Part shown: in pieces, positions 31,928-42,748 of the stretch
Numbering within the stretch: position 1 is the stretch's first letter
Layout: each line of letters opens with the position of its first letter
Origin: Cyanobacteriota bacterium
Lineage (GTDB): Bacteria > Cyanobacteriota > Cyanobacteriia > Cyanobacteriales > Nostocaceae
Reading direction: 5' to 3'
Assembly (NCBI GenBank): GCA_046045965.1
Contig: JBJOKS010000002.1
Coordinates: forward strand, 167,138 to 231,137
DNA: 64,000 nt
Notes under the pieces: model-generated
Seen by the model: only the letters and a program-made list of their open reading frames with translations
Told to the model about the DNA's origin: nothing
Database searches by the model: none
Made by a program: the position numbers and the translations under genes

Positions 31928-33088
31928 ATGAGTAAAGTAGAGATACGGGGTGTTTGGTTAACGAAAACTGATAGTCAGGTTCTCAAGTCAAGAAAAAACA
32001 TTGCTCAAGCGATGGAATTTTTGGCTGAAACGGGATTTAATGTGGTGTTTCCAGTTGTTTGGAATCAAGGGGTTACTTTGTATCCGAGTGCGACAATGTG
32101 GCGGATGTTTGGTATAGAAATTGATTCCAGATTTTTGGGACGTGATCCTTTACAGGAAGTAGTAGAGGAAGCGCGACGGGTGGGTTTAAAAGTCATACCT
32201 TGGTTTGAATATGGTTTTGCTAGTTCTTATAATTTAAATGGCGGGTTTTTATTACAGCAAAAACCAGAATGGGGAGCTTATGATTACAAGGGTAATTTAT
32301 TGAAAAAAAATGGTTTTGAATGGTTGAACGCTTTTGATTTCCAGGTACAGGAATTTTTGTTAAATTTAGTTTTAGAAGTAGTAAAGAATTACGATGTTGA
32401 TGGTGTGCAGGGAGATGATCGTTTTCCGGCGTTACCATCGGAAGGTGGATATGATAAAATTACTGTAAACCGCTACCATCAACAGTTTCAAAAATATCCC
32501 CCAAAAAACTACAAGGATAAACATTGGTTACAGTGGCGTGCTAATATTTTAACTGATGTTTTGGCATTACTTTATCAAGAAGTGAAAGGGGTTAATCCTG
32601 ATTTATTAGTTTCCATGTCTCCTAATATTTATGATTGGGGTTTTCGGGAATATTTACAAGATTATCCTACTTGGTTAAAGCAAGGATTTGTTGATATTAT
32701 CCATCCGCAAATTTATCGGCGTGATTTTTTAAGTTATAAATGTATTATTAAGAGATTGGTAAATGAGCAGTTTACAGATGCGATGTTACCAAAGTTAGCA
32801 CCGGGAATTTTAATTAAGTTAGGAAAATATAGAATTAAACCAGATTATTTATTACAGGTAATTGAATATCATCGTCAACAGGGAATTAATGGGGAGGTAT
32901 GCTTTTTTTATGAAGGTTTGCGGGAGAATAATCATCAGTTAGCAAAAGTTTTAAGAAATGGTCCCTATGCTGAGTCAGCTTTGTTTCCCAAGTTGGCAGA
33001 TTTACAAGATGTTAATGTAAGTTATCCCAGGTCTACTTCTATTTTACAACGATTGGAAAAACGGTTAAGAAAGATTTTTAAGGTATGA
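31928..33088 (+). CDS. Glycoside hydrolase family 10-like (GHL10/DUF187) protein
   Basis: EIRGVWL, DPLQEVVEEARRVGLKVIPWFEYG, YDVDGVQGDD and PQIY. Confidence 0.85.
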   Translation: MSKVEIRGVWLTKTDSQVLKSRKNIAQAMEFLAETGFNVVFPVVWNQGVTLYPSATMWRMFGIEIDSRFLGRDPLQEVVEEARRVGLKVIPWFEYGFASSYNLNGGFLLQQKPEWGAYDYKGNLLKKNGFEWLNAFDFQVQEFLLNLVLEVVKNYDVDGVQGDDRFPALPSEGGYDKITVNRYHQQFQKYPPKNYKDKHWLQWRANILTDVLALLYQEVKGVNPDLLVSMSPNIYDWGFREYLQDYPTWLKQGFVDIIHPQIYRRDFLSYKCIIKRLVNEQFTDAMLPKLAPGILIKLGKYRIKPDYLLQVIEYHRQQGINGEVCFFYEGLRENNHQLAKVLRNGPYAESALFPKLADLQDVNVSYPRSTSILQRLEKRLRKIFKV

Positions 33089-33504
33089 TGAAATTAGAAA
33101 CACAACAAATTATTGAAGTTCTCAAACAAGATTTACCGACTTTGTTTGAACAGGATATTTCTTATGATATTTATTCCCAGGATATCTTGTTTTGTGATCC
33201 GGTGAATAAGTTTAAGGGTAAGTTTAATTATCGGATTATTTTTTGGACTTTGCGTTTTCATGGTCAGTTGTTTTTTACGGATATTGCTTTTGATTTACAT
33301 GATGTTTCTCAAACTGATGCAAGTACGATTTTAGCAACTTGGACAGTGCGGGGTGTGTTGCGTGTTCCTTGGAAAGCGCGGTTATTTTTTAATGGTTATT
33401 CGACTTATAAGTTAAATGATGGGGGTTTAATTTATGAACATATTGATACTTGGGATAGGGAACCTGGGGAGATTTTAAAGCAGTTTTTTAGGAAGGGGGA
33501 GTGA
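33085..33504 (+). CDS. DUF2358 (NTF2-like) protein
   Basis: YDIYSQDILFCDPVNKFKG and IYEHIDTW; ATGA overlap with the upstream gene. Confidence 0.85.
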   Translation: MMKLETQQIIEVLKQDLPTLFEQDISYDIYSQDILFCDPVNKFKGKFNYRIIFWTLRFHGQLFFTDIAFDLHDVSQTDASTILATWTVRGVLRVPWKARLFFNGYSTYKLNDGGLIYEHIDTWDREPGEILKQFFRKGE

Positions 33505-33616
33505 TTTTTCGTTAGTTGTTGAGGATGGGTAGTGATTGAACCACGAAGAAGCGAAGGAAGCGAAGGAAGAGAGGAAAAGAAGATAGATATAGAAAGAGGT
33601 TGTTCTATGCTAGATT

Positions 33617-33821
33617 TTATGAGGATTGATTTATATCTGGATTTATCAAACCATTTTGAAGTTTTGCTATAACCTCTGCCATTTTTGAATTGTGAAGTTT
33701 TGTAACGATAGATATGTAATAAAACATTCGTGTCGAATGAAAAAATACATTCTTTCCATAGTTCTGCAAATTCTTTCTCTGTGGGTTGATAATAACCAGG
33801 GAATAAATCACGCATATTCAT
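33617..33821 (-). pseudogene. Remnant of a PIN-like (DUF4935/PIN_8-type) gene
   Basis: MRDLFPGYYQPTEKEFAELWKECIFSFDTNVLLHIYRY matches the N-terminus of that family; similarity stops after about 40 codons. Confidence 0.65.
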
Positions 33822-34025
33822 AATTTTGATAATTTATTGAGTGTTGTTTAAATCCTACTTTGTATCTATACAATGGTAACACGCAATTAGGGAAAAATAA
33901 TTGTTTCTAAAATCTCTACATTCTTCGTTTACTCGAAATCAAACTACCTGGACATCCTATAAATCCTTAAATCCTGGATATCCTGATTCAGACATTTTCC
34001 AAAGTATTGGTATCTAACAGATAAA

Positions 34026-34256
34026 TCATAACAATGGTTTTCTTTCAGATTGTTCTTCTTGGGGCGCTCTTTCTAATGCTTCTCCTTCCCAAGCTCCAAA
34101 TGTACTCAGAAATTCTGAAGACCATTGACGTTTTTGTGGTTTCTGTACTTGTTGATAAACGATGATTACTTCTACATCAGCATCTTTAATTTCTGGTAAA
34201 GGTATGTGTAACATCCCATCGTTACCAATGTAAGATTCTAGTTTTATAGTTTGCAT
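34026..34256 (-). CDS. Small hypothetical protein, probable type II antitoxin
   Basis: IGNDGMLHIPLP..DVEVIIV beta-rich N-terminus and WSSEFLSTFGAWEGEALER tail; own TATAAT and AAGGAG. Confidence 0.6.
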   Translation of the reverse strand: MQTIKLESYIGNDGMLHIPLPEIKDADVEVIIVYQQVQKPQKRQWSSEFLSTFGAWEGEALERAPQEEQSERKPLL

Positions 34257-34285
34257 TATTCATCTTTCTCCTTTAATATTTCGAT

Positions 34286-34410
34286 ATTATAACCTTTATT
34301 TCTTCCTTTGCGTGAGTGTGAGTATTGAAGATTTTTATGAAACGAACCACAGAGGCACAGAGGACACAGAGGAGGAGTTTTTGAGTAATGTTTATTTATG
34401 ATTTAGACAA
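34286..34410. repeat. Direct repeat copy A (about 125 bp)
   Basis: Near-identical to 34852-35019 except that the ATCCTG block is missing and the CGCAGAG block is shorter. Confidence 0.85.
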
Positions 34411-34822
34411 TTAAATCCATCGCTTCCTGAATTATTTCATCCTGATTTACTAATTCTCCTAACTCATCTGCTGTATATCTTCCTTCAAATGCTTCTAGTG
34501 CAGCTTTTCTTAATGCTGATTCATAAGCATCTTGTAAGGTTGTTTGTAGTTCGTATTCTGTTAAATAAGTTCCTTTGTTTTTGGGACGTTGGTTTGTGCG
34601 TTGAATTTGTTTAATTGAATTTAAAATTGATGTTTCCCAAGAACGAGTAGAGCGTTTTTCTGCTTTTTGTTTAATCAAATGCAATAAAACAATAATCCCA
34701 TAACTAAAAATTTTATTTAATTTATCCGACTTACTCATTTCCTCCAACTCTTCTACTAATTCTAAAGCTTCGGGAATTTTACCATCATGTAATAATTCTT
34801 TTAAGGTTAATAATTCTTCCAT
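34403..34822 (-). CDS. DUF29 family protein
   Basis: LVEELEEMSKSD, VLLHLIKQ, RSWETSI and YESALRKAALE. Confidence 0.8.
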   Translation of the reverse strand: MEELLTLKELLHDGKIPEALELVEELEEMSKSDKLNKIFSYGIIVLLHLIKQKAEKRSTRSWETSILNSIKQIQRTNQRPKNKGTYLTEYELQTTLQDAYESALRKAALEAFEGRYTADELGELVNQDEIIQEAMDLIV

Positions 34823-34851
34823 AGTCTTTGATGACTCCTATCATCATTTAC

Positions 34852-35019
34852 ATTATAATCTAACTTTTTTCTTCCTTTGCGTCTCTGCGTCTCTGCGTGA
34901 TAAATTAAGATTTATGAAAACGAACCACAGAGGCACAGAGAACACAGAGGAAGAGTTTTTGAGTAATGTTTATTTACATCCTGTACATCCTTAAATCCTG
35001 GACATCCTGATTTAGACAA
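34852..35019. repeat. Direct repeat copy B (about 170 bp), overlapping the uvrA stop codon
   Basis: ATTATA..TTCTTCCTTTGCGT..ACGAACCACAGAGGCACAGAG..GAGTTTTTGAGTAATGTTTATTTA..TGATTTAGACAA. Confidence 0.85.
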
Positions 35020-37966
35020 CTGCCGGATATTGTTTCAAGACTTGCTTTAAATATTGTCCGGTGTAGGAACGTTGATTTTTTGCTACTTCTTCTGGTGTTC
35101 CGGCAACAATTATTTCTCCTCCTTTGTCTCCTCCTTCTGGTCCTAAATCTATGACCCAATCCGAACAACGAATGACATCTAGGTTATGTTCAATTACTAA
35201 AATCGAATTTCCTTTATCTACCAATCTTTGCAAAACATCTAATAATTTATGAACGTCGTAAAAAGATAATCCTGTGGTTGGTTCATCTATTAAATACAAA
35301 GTTTTCCCGGTTGCACGTCGAGATAATTCTGTTGCTAGTTTCACTCTTTGCGCTTCTCCACCTGATAAGGTTGTGGCTGGTTGTCCTAATTGTACATAAC
35401 CTAAACCAACATCTACTAATGTTTGTAATCTGGTGACTGCTTTGGGTATGTTTTCACAAAATGCTAATGCTTCTTCAACGGTCATGTTGAGAACATCGGA
35501 AATTGATTTGTCTTTATATTTAACTTGTAATGTTTCTCGGTTGTATCTCGCACCTTTACAAACTTCACACTGGACATAAACGTCTGGTAAAAAGTTCATT
35601 TCGATGACGTTTACTCCTTGTCCGCTACAAGCTTCACATCTGCCACCTTTGACGTTAAAAGAAAATTGTCCTGGTTTATATCCTCTGGTTTTAGCTTCGA
35701 TGGTTTGGGAAAATACATCTCTAATAATATCGAAAACTCCGGTGTAAGTTGCTGGGTTAGAGCGGGGTGTTCTACCTATGGGTGATTGGTCGATGACAAT
35801 GGCTTTATCAACGCAGTTTAAACCTTTAATTTCCTCAATCTCTTTTGGGAAAGGAACTCTTTTTAAAAGATGATGTTGTAAAGCTGGATAAAGTAACTCA
35901 TTAATTAAAGTTGATTTTCCTGAACCAGAAACACCGGTGACTGCAACAAGTTTACCTAACGGAATTTCTACATCTATATTTTGTAAGTTGTTGCGATGAG
36001 CATTTCTAATTGTTAAAGTTCTACCATTTCCTTCTCTTCTTTTTGCTGGGGTATTTATAACTCGTCTTCCTGATAGATAAGCACCAGTTAAAGAAGCTTC
36101 AGCATTTAATAAGTCCTCTATATTTCCCTGAGCAATAATATGTCCTCCATGAATACCTGCACCTGGACCAATATCAACTATATGATTTGCTGCGCGGATG
36201 GTTTCTTCGTCATGTTCAACGACAATTAACGTATTTCCTAAATCGCGTAATTTAGTTAAAGTTTTCAACAAACGTCCGTTATCTCTTTGATGTAAACCTA
36301 TACTTGGTTCATCCAAAACGTAAAGAACACCTGTTAAACCAGAACCAATTTGAGTAGCTAATCTAATGCGTTGAGCTTCCCCACCTGATAAAGTCATTGC
36401 CGGACGATCTAACGTCAGATAATCTAAACCCACATCTAATAAAAACTGCAATCTAGCTTTAACTTCCCTCAACACCAAATCAGCAATTTGCACTTGTCGA
36501 GGAGTCAACCTTAAATTTTCAATTTTTTCCCGACACTCCCGAATTGACACACTCGTTAAATCCAAAATTCCATATTGTCCCAACCTCACAGCTAAAGCTT
36601 CCGGCTTTAACCTTTTACCTCCACAAACCTCACAAGGTTGATCTATCAAATACTCCTCCAACTTCTGTTTAACTAACTCCGTTCCTCCCTCATATTGCCG
36701 TTGCAAAATCGGAATCACACCCTTAAAACTCTGCGTCCTCTGCGCCTCTGCGGTTCGTTTCTCTTCCCCATATAAAACAATTTGTTGTTGTTCCGGTGTT
36801 AACTTTCCCCACTGAGTTTGTAATTCAAACCCATAAGTTTGTCCCAAACTATACAGCAATTCCAAATAATAGGAATTTTCCTTTTCTGACCAAGGTGCGA
36901 TCGCTGCATACATAGGCGAATCTTGGTTAGGTATCACCAATTCCGGGGAAAATCTTTTTAAAGTTCCAATTCCATGACAATGGGGACAAGCACCATAAGG
37001 TGAATTAAAAGAAAACAAACGTGGTGATAATTCTTCCATTACCGCACCATGTTCTGGACAAGCAAAGTTTTCTGAAAACACCATTTCTGAGGGTAATTCT
37101 TGTTCAGAAATATCTTGATTTTCCCCCCCAGTTGATATATACTTACTATGTGGTCGCTCCTGCGCTACGTTATTAGATGTATCATTTAATACTTCAATTA
37201 AAGCAATTCCGTTAGATTGCTTAAGACAGGTGGTGAGAGAATCGACTAAACGCTCCTGAATACCGTCTTTTTTAACGAGCCTGTCAATAACCAGTTCTAT
37301 ATTATGTGTGATATTTTTATCTAACTCAATAGAATCTGAGAGTTCTCGTACCTCTCCATTTACCCTAATTCTGACAAAACCTTGAGCAGCTAAACTAGAA
37401 AGTAGTTTGCGGTGAGTTCCCTTTTTCCCCCGCACCACAGGTGCAAGAATTTGGAAGCGGGTACGGTCAGGAAGTGCGAGGATGCGATCGCACATTTCGT
37501 CAATGGTTTGGGGTGCAATAGAGCGATCGCAGTGAGGACAATGGGGTTCACCAGCACGACCATATAACAACCGCAGATAATCATAAATTTCCGTCACCGT
37601 CCCCACAGTCGAACGGGGGTTGTGAGAAGTTGATTTTTGGTCAATGGAAATAGCCGGACTTAAACCTTCGATAGCTTCCACATCGGGTTTATCCAACTGA
37701 CCTAAAAATTGCCGAGCATAGGCGCTCAGAGATTCCACATAACGGCGTTGACCTTCTGCAAAAATGGTATCAAACGCCAAAGAAGACTTACCCGAACCCG
37801 AAACACCAGTAAAGACAATCAAGCGATCGCGGGGTAATTCCAAATCAATATTTTTCAGATTATGCTGCCTAGCACCCCGAATGCGAATAGTATTTTGCTG
37901 GTTTTTTTGGCTATTTTGGGGATAGGGAAGGCGATCGCTTAAAGATGTTGCTAGGTGTTCTGACAT
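35012..37966 (-). CDS. uvrA: Excinuclease ABC subunit A
   Basis: GARQHNLKN, two GVSGSGKS Walker A motifs, two LSGGEAQR signatures and Zn-finger CxxC pairs; ATG 37966 likely start. Confidence 0.98.
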   Translation of the reverse strand: MSEHLATSLSDRLPYPQNSQKNQQNTIRIRGARQHNLKNIDLELPRDRLIVFTGVSGSGKSSLAFDTIFAEGQRRYVESLSAYARQFLGQLDKPDVEAIEGLSPAISIDQKSTSHNPRSTVGTVTEIYDYLRLLYGRAGEPHCPHCDRSIAPQTIDEMCDRILALPDRTRFQILAPVVRGKKGTHRKLLSSLAAQGFVRIRVNGEVRELSDSIELDKNITHNIELVIDRLVKKDGIQERLVDSLTTCLKQSNGIALIEVLNDTSNNVAQERPHSKYISTGGENQDISEQELPSEMVFSENFACPEHGAVMEELSPRLFSFNSPYGACPHCHGIGTLKRFSPELVIPNQDSPMYAAIAPWSEKENSYYLELLYSLGQTYGFELQTQWGKLTPEQQQIVLYGEEKRTAEAQRTQSFKGVIPILQRQYEGGTELVKQKLEEYLIDQPCEVCGGKRLKPEALAVRLGQYGILDLTSVSIRECREKIENLRLTPRQVQIADLVLREVKARLQFLLDVGLDYLTLDRPAMTLSGGEAQRIRLATQIGSGLTGVLYVLDEPSIGLHQRDNGRLLKTLTKLRDLGNTLIVVEHDEETIRAANHIVDIGPGAGIHGGHIIAQGNIEDLLNAEASLTGAYLSGRRVINTPAKRREGNGRTLTIRNAHRNNLQNIDVEIPLGKLVAVTGVSGSGKSTLINELLYPALQHHLLKRVPFPKEIEEIKGLNCVDKAIVIDQSPIGRTPRSNPATYTGVFDIIRDVFSQTIEAKTRGYKPGQFSFNVKGGRCEACSGQGVNVIEMNFLPDVYVQCEVCKGARYNRETLQVKYKDKSISDVLNMTVEEALAFCENIPKAVTRLQTLVDVGLGYVQLGQPATTLSGGEAQRVKLATELSRRATGKTLYLIDEPTTGLSFYDVHKLLDVLQRLVDKGNSILVIEHNLDVIRCSDWVIDLGPEGGDKGGEIIVAGTPEEVAKNQRSYTGQYLKQVLKQYPAVV

Positions 37967-38127
37967 ATTGGCAGAGGGAAGGTTACACAGTGAAACAATC
38001 CTTAATAATACTATCTTTGCTTGGGTTATGCTAGAACAGCGATCCATTGAAATTCCTACCCAGGACATCGCCGCATATTTCCTGAATTTGATAGATAATT
38101 ACAGAAAATCTTGCTGAGGATAGAGTT

Positions 38128-38853
38128 ATGGTTTTGCAAATCTCAGCCCCAGAACAAACAGAAGTCATTTACCCAGACTGCGACGGACAACCAGTGGCAA
38201 ACAATACTATTCAATTTCGTTGGTTAGTAGAAATCAAACAAAATCTTGATTATCTATTCATAAATGATCCTAACGTATTTGTGGCTGGTGATTTATTTTG
38301 GTATCCGGTAGAAGGTAAAAATACCATTGTCACCGCACCTGATGTTTTAGTAGTTTTAGGACGACCGAAAATTGATAGACTTTCCTATTTACAATGGAGA
38401 GAAGATAATATTCCCCCCCAGGTAGTTTTTGAAATTCTTTCTCCCAGCAACACCAAAATAGAAATGGAGAAAAAATTACTATTTTATGATCGTTATGGAG
38501 TCCAAGAATACTATATATATGATCCAGAAAATAATGATTTTCAAGGATGGTTAAGAGGGGAGGATATTTTAGAACCTATTCCCCAAACCCAAGAATATAT
38601 TAGTCCTCTTTTGAAAATTCGGTTTTTGCTGACGGATGAAACCCTAGAAATATATCATCCTGATGGTAAAACTTTCGCAAGTTATGATCAAATTGTTCAA
38701 GAAAAAGAACAAGAAAAACAACGTGCAGAAAAAGCAGAACAAGCGAGAAAAGATGCTATTCCCAAATTGTTAGCAATGGGTTTGAGTGTGGAACAAGTAG
38801 CAGAAGCTTTAAGTTTAGCAGTGGAGGAAGTAAGAACAATGATAGAAAATTAG
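38128..38853 (+). CDS. Uma2/DUF820 family PD-(D/E)xK protein
   Basis: FVAGDLFWYP, APDVLVV, PQVVFEILSPSN, YGVQEYYIYDP and a coiled-coil EQEKQRAE tail. Confidence 0.92.
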   Translation: MVLQISAPEQTEVIYPDCDGQPVANNTIQFRWLVEIKQNLDYLFINDPNVFVAGDLFWYPVEGKNTIVTAPDVLVVLGRPKIDRLSYLQWREDNIPPQVVFEILSPSNTKIEMEKKLLFYDRYGVQEYYIYDPENNDFQGWLRGEDILEPIPQTQEYISPLLKIRFLLTDETLEIYHPDGKTFASYDQIVQEKEQEKQRAEKAEQARKDAIPKLLAMGLSVEQVAEALSLAVEEVRTMIEN

Positions 38854-38896
38854 GTATTAGATATTTGTTAGATATTTGAAACTTGAAATTATTCCC

Positions 38897-38946
38897 AAAC
38901 TCGATTTATTAAATTAAACGTTAAATTAAAACATAAATCGAGTTTT
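38897..38946. terminator. Hairpin between convergent genes
   Basis: AAACTCGATTTAT ... ATAAATCGAGTTT. Confidence 0.65.
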
Positions 38947-38955
38947 TAATTTCAT

Positions 38956-40017
38956 CTATTTTTTCAAATAAACTGTAGGTATACTATTACTAGGATCATT
39001 TTTTAACTGCACACTAGAATTAACCACATTCCCAGGAAGAGAAATAAAGGAACTTGCACCCCATCCTAATAATAATCCCATAATACTTAAACCCAAAATA
39101 TTGAAATTACTTTGATTATATATTCCTGAATAAACATTAACCAATTGTTTTTTTTCACCCATCACCGGAATAGGTTCAAGTGCTGCTAAAGCATCCCCAG
39201 CATTAGCATAGCGTTGTTTGCGGTGAGGTTCCACCATTTTCTTTAACCATGACCGAAAACCTGGACTAATAAAAGGTAGTAATTGCTGAAAATTAAACCG
39301 ATATTTATCATCAATTAATTTACCAATATCCGCAGCACGGGTATTAGTGAGTAAGCAAATTAATGTTACACCTAAACTATATAAATCTGAAGCCGCTGTT
39401 AAAGGATGTCCAAATTGTTCTTCTGGTGGGATAAACCCAGGAGTACCAGCAACTAATGTACTCAAATCTGTTTTTTCATGCTGTGTTTTTGCTAAACCAA
39501 AATCAACCAAATAAGCATTAAATTGTTGATCTACTAAAATATTTTCGGGTTTAATATCGCGATGAATGATCGGCGGTTCTTGCTGCTGTAGATAAACCAA
39601 AATTTCTAAAATTGATAAAGCAATTTGCTTAATTTCTTCAGGATGAAAGCAGCGTCTAAAACCTAGTGATGGTGCATTTTTATATTCTTGAACTAAATAG
39701 AAAAATCCTGGTTTTTCAAAATTATCTATATAATGAGGGATGCGGGGATGATGCAATTTTTGTAGAAGTTCAATTTCCTGTTCATAAGCTTTCACACCAG
39801 ACCAGTCCGCAGTCGTATTTGCAAAACAAAATTCTTTAATTACTACTTTTTGCTGAGAGTTGATGTGACTTGCTAAATAAGTAATGCGTCCTCCTTCTAA
39901 GTTACGTCCTAATTCTCGAATTACTTGATAGCCAAATGCGGAAAAATCTGGATAATGATTGTAGGAATTATTCCTTTCATATCCATGATTGACATCAAAC
40001 TCTATCATAGAATACAC
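38956..40017 (-). CDS. Hanks-type Ser/Thr protein kinase with C-terminal TM
   Basis: VVIKEF, HRDIKPEN, DFG, GTPGFIPPE and DLYSLG. Confidence 0.93.
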   Translation of the reverse strand: MYSMIEFDVNHGYERNNSYNHYPDFSAFGYQVIRELGRNLEGGRITYLASHINSQQKVVIKEFCFANTTADWSGVKAYEQEIELLQKLHHPRIPHYIDNFEKPGFFYLVQEYKNAPSLGFRRCFHPEEIKQIALSILEILVYLQQQEPPIIHRDIKPENILVDQQFNAYLVDFGLAKTQHEKTDLSTLVAGTPGFIPPEEQFGHPLTAASDLYSLGVTLICLLTNTRAADIGKLIDDKYRFNFQQLLPFISPGFRSWLKKMVEPHRKQRYANAGDALAALEPIPVMGEKKQLVNVYSGIYNQSNFNILGLSIMGLLLGWGASSFISLPGNVVNSSVQLKNDPSNSIPTVYLKK

Positions 40018-40098
40018 ATAAAATGGAGTTTGTCAAGACGTTAATTAAGTAAATATCATCCAGCATTGATATGAGAACCGGGTAAGAGGTAATGGCGT

Positions 40099-40163
40099 TT
40101 ACCAATTACCCATTACCAATTACCAATTACCCATTACCTATTACCTATTCCCTATTACCAATT
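40099..40163 (+). repeat. Heptamer tandem repeat (TTACC(A/C)A)n
   Basis: About nine degenerate copies. Confidence 0.9.
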
Positions 40164-40186
40164 CCAGATAGTTTTTAAGTTTTACC

Positions 40187-41083
40187 CTACCGACTCCAAG
40201 ACTTCTGTGCTAACCAATCAATAATTTGAGAATTGACAATTTCTGGAACTTCATCATGGGGACAATGACCAGCACCAGGAATAGGTACAATTGTGATATC
40301 TTTACCATTGTTACCTGCTGCTTCGTAAATCTTAGCTCCGGTAATTGGTGTCCAAGGATCATTAGCACCCCAAATTACTAATAGAGGATATTGTAGCTTA
40401 ATTAATAGTTCCTCTGGGGTTGGTCCGGGAGGTGCGGTGAGAATAGAAGCAAAAACTTGTTGCGCTCCTGGATCACAGGATGGTGTATAAAGTAAATCAA
40501 CAAGTTCATCAGTGACAGCTTGGCGATCGCTGTATACTTGATACAAAGTCCGACGAATTTGTGATTTTTGGCGAATGCGGTTAAAAACGAATTTACCTGT
40601 GACTGGGTTAGCTACCAACTTGTTAAAAGTCCCCATGAAAACACGTAACACTGGGTTCAATTCATGGGGACGGTGACTCAAACCACCAGCAGAATTAATC
40701 AATACACCACCAGCCGCAATTTCAGGGTATTCTGTGAGAATAATTAAACTCAAAAGTGCGCCAATGGAATTACCAATAAATATAGCTGGTGTTTGAATGT
40801 GTGCATGATAAAAATCTTTTAATAGTTCTACCCACACTTCCATGCTATAATTAATGGCTGCTTTATCCGAACCACCAAAACCCAATAGATCCACAGCAAA
40901 CACCCGATAACCAGCATCGGCTAAAACCGGGATATTTTTGCGCCAGTGACCGATGGAAGCACCAAAACCATGAATGAGTACCAACGGTTGACCTGTACCC
41001 ATGACAGTATATTGAATCTTGTAATCTTGCCAAGTCCAAATCTGTTTTTCTAAAGTTTGTAAATTATCGGTTGTGATCGTCAT
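40187..41083 (-). CDS. Alpha/beta fold hydrolase
   Basis: HGFGASIGHW, DLLGFG, GNSIG and GHCPHDE. Confidence 0.92.
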   Translation of the reverse strand: MTITTDNLQTLEKQIWTWQDYKIQYTVMGTGQPLVLIHGFGASIGHWRKNIPVLADAGYRVFAVDLLGFGGSDKAAINYSMEVWVELLKDFYHAHIQTPAIFIGNSIGALLSLIILTEYPEIAAGGVLINSAGGLSHRPHELNPVLRVFMGTFNKLVANPVTGKFVFNRIRQKSQIRRTLYQVYSDRQAVTDELVDLLYTPSCDPGAQQVFASILTAPPGPTPEELLIKLQYPLLVIWGANDPWTPITGAKIYEAAGNNGKDITIVPIPGAGHCPHDEVPEIVNSQIIDWLAQKSWSR

Positions 41084-41254
41084 TAGTTAAGATTCCTAAA
41101 GTATTGTTTCTTTATAGTAATCCTCCTGGCATTCTAGACAAAACATGATAGAAAAAACCACATAAGATGTACACTAGCACCTGTAAGTTTCACTTAGCAT
41201 CAAAAAAACTACTGAACATTCTCAGTGCAGTGTTACATTGTCAGATAAAATACT

Positions 41255-42748
41255 ATGACCTTAAGTAGATTAACCCGTTTTAGGAAAGTCCTATTTGCCT
41301 CAGTTTCTCTCATAGCACTGTCGCCAATACATTCTACTTTGGCAGCATCTGATTTATCTGCCTTATCTGTTACAATCCCATCAACACTAAGCCATCGGCA
41401 GCTTTTAGCACAAGAAACTACTGAAGAACAATCAGATCCTTCTACTTCTGTCAAGAGGGAAAAATCAGGATTTACGTTATATATTTGGCAACCAGGTGGT
41501 ACAATTTCTGAAGTTATCGCCCGTATTTCTATCAAGGGGAAATATGGTGAAAAATATCACAAAGAAAGATTTTTAGGCGATTACAAATATAAAATTAAAC
41601 AAAAAGCCAAATTTGTAAATGGTTTTAAATTGGGCGATCGCATCGTTGTCCGATTGTATGATACAAACAACCGTTTTATAGGCTACACAGAATTTGCTTG
41701 TTTAGCCGGTCACACAGCCGTCAACCTAATTTTATCAGCCAATCCCACTGAAAATCAAGTAGTGCGAGTCTTCTATGGCACAGATGCTAATGAAGATGGT
41801 ATCGTTGACAGAGATAGCACCGCTAATTTCGACTACTTTACAGAACTTAGTAACCAAAAAGTTACCTTCCTCACCAGTTCGGAAAATATCAACATTACTC
41901 AATACCAAGCTGCTGGTTTTGCTAACGTTGCTACTACCAGCGTATATCCTGTATCATTTACTGAAGGTGAATTTGCCTTAGCTGGGAAAACCATGAACAC
42001 AGTTGATGCTAACTTAGCCAAAGCCTTGACTGCGACTCCTGGGAGTTTGGTACAGTTAAGCCAACTGAGCAACAACTCGACATTTCAACTGCACCAGTTG
42101 TTAGGTAAATATCGGGAAGTGGGAGTAGCTAAAAATATCCGAGTTACATTTTCTGATATTCCCAAAGATTACTGGGCTAAAGATTATATCGCCGAATTGG
42201 CAGCAATGGAAATTATTGATGGTTATCCCGATGGTACATTTCGTCCTCATGCCCCAGTCACTCGCGCTCAACTAGCTGCCCTGTTGCAAAAGGTCTTTAT
42301 TAAAAGTAAAGTGCGAAATGCGATCGCTTTTCGAGATGTTCCTCAAGATTATTGGGCTTATGATGCCATCCGCGAAACTTACGAAATGGGTTTTTTCACC
42401 ATTCTTAACAGCAAAAACTTCAACCCCACACAAAAACTTACCCGTCAAGATATTTTAATCACCTTAGCAAAAGGATTGAATTATAAATTTACTGGTTCAA
42501 CAAAAGATATATTATCCATTTATAGCGATGCTTCCAGTATTAGAAGTGAACATCGAGAATTTATTGCCGCACTAACACAAAACGGTGTAATTGTCAACTA
42601 CCCTAATGTAAAATTGCTGAATGGGAAAAAACAGGCTACTAGAGCAGAAGTTAGTGCTTTACTATACAGGGCTATGGTGAGTGCTGGGGAAGTTGCTGAT
42701 TTTGCCTCAAAATATACAGTTAAGCCTGTTATAAAAGGTGATAGGTGA
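41255..42748 (+). CDS. Secreted protein with three C-terminal S-layer homology (SLH) domains
   Basis: Signal peptide; FSDIPKDYWA..GYPDGTFRP..TRAQ, FRDVPQDYWA..TRQD and TRAE. Confidence 0.88.
   Translation: MTLSRLTRFRKVLFASVSLIALSPIHSTLAASDLSALSVTIPSTLSHRQLLAQETTEEQSDPSTSVKREKSGFTLYIWQPGGTISEVIARISIKGKYGEKYHKERFLGDYKYKIKQKAKFVNGFKLGDRIVVRLYDTNNRFIGYTEFACLAGHTAVNLILSANPTENQVVRVFYGTDANEDGIVDRDSTANFDYFTELSNQKVTFLTSSENINITQYQAAGFANVATTSVYPVSFTEGEFALAGKTMNTVDANLAKALTATPGSLVQLSQLSNNSTFQLHQLLGKYREVGVAKNIRVTFSDIPKDYWAKDYIAELAAMEIIDGYPDGTFRPHAPVTRAQLAALLQKVFIKSKVRNAIAFRDVPQDYWAYDAIRETYEMGFFTILNSKNFNPTQKLTRQDILITLAKGLNYKFTGSTKDILSIYSDASSIRSEHREFIAALTQNGVIVNYPNVKLLNGKKQATRAEVSALLYRAMVSAGEVADFASKYTVKPVIKGDR

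Noticed and set aside
33432..33616. 3' part of the 129-aa ORF as a real protein
   Set aside because: It runs through a purine-rich repeat and overlaps the DUF2358 gene antisense; read-through of a pseudogene
34286..35019. Classical integron attC array
   Set aside because: No IntI gene in the window and no clear RYYYAAC...GTTRRRY attC structure; kept only as a cassette-like repeat finding
40099..40163. Tandem repeats here and at 5293, 7598, 9158, 25146 and 55104 as a possible CRISPR array
   Set aside because: They are contiguous 7-mers with no unique spacers and no cas genes; ordinary Nostocales STRRs
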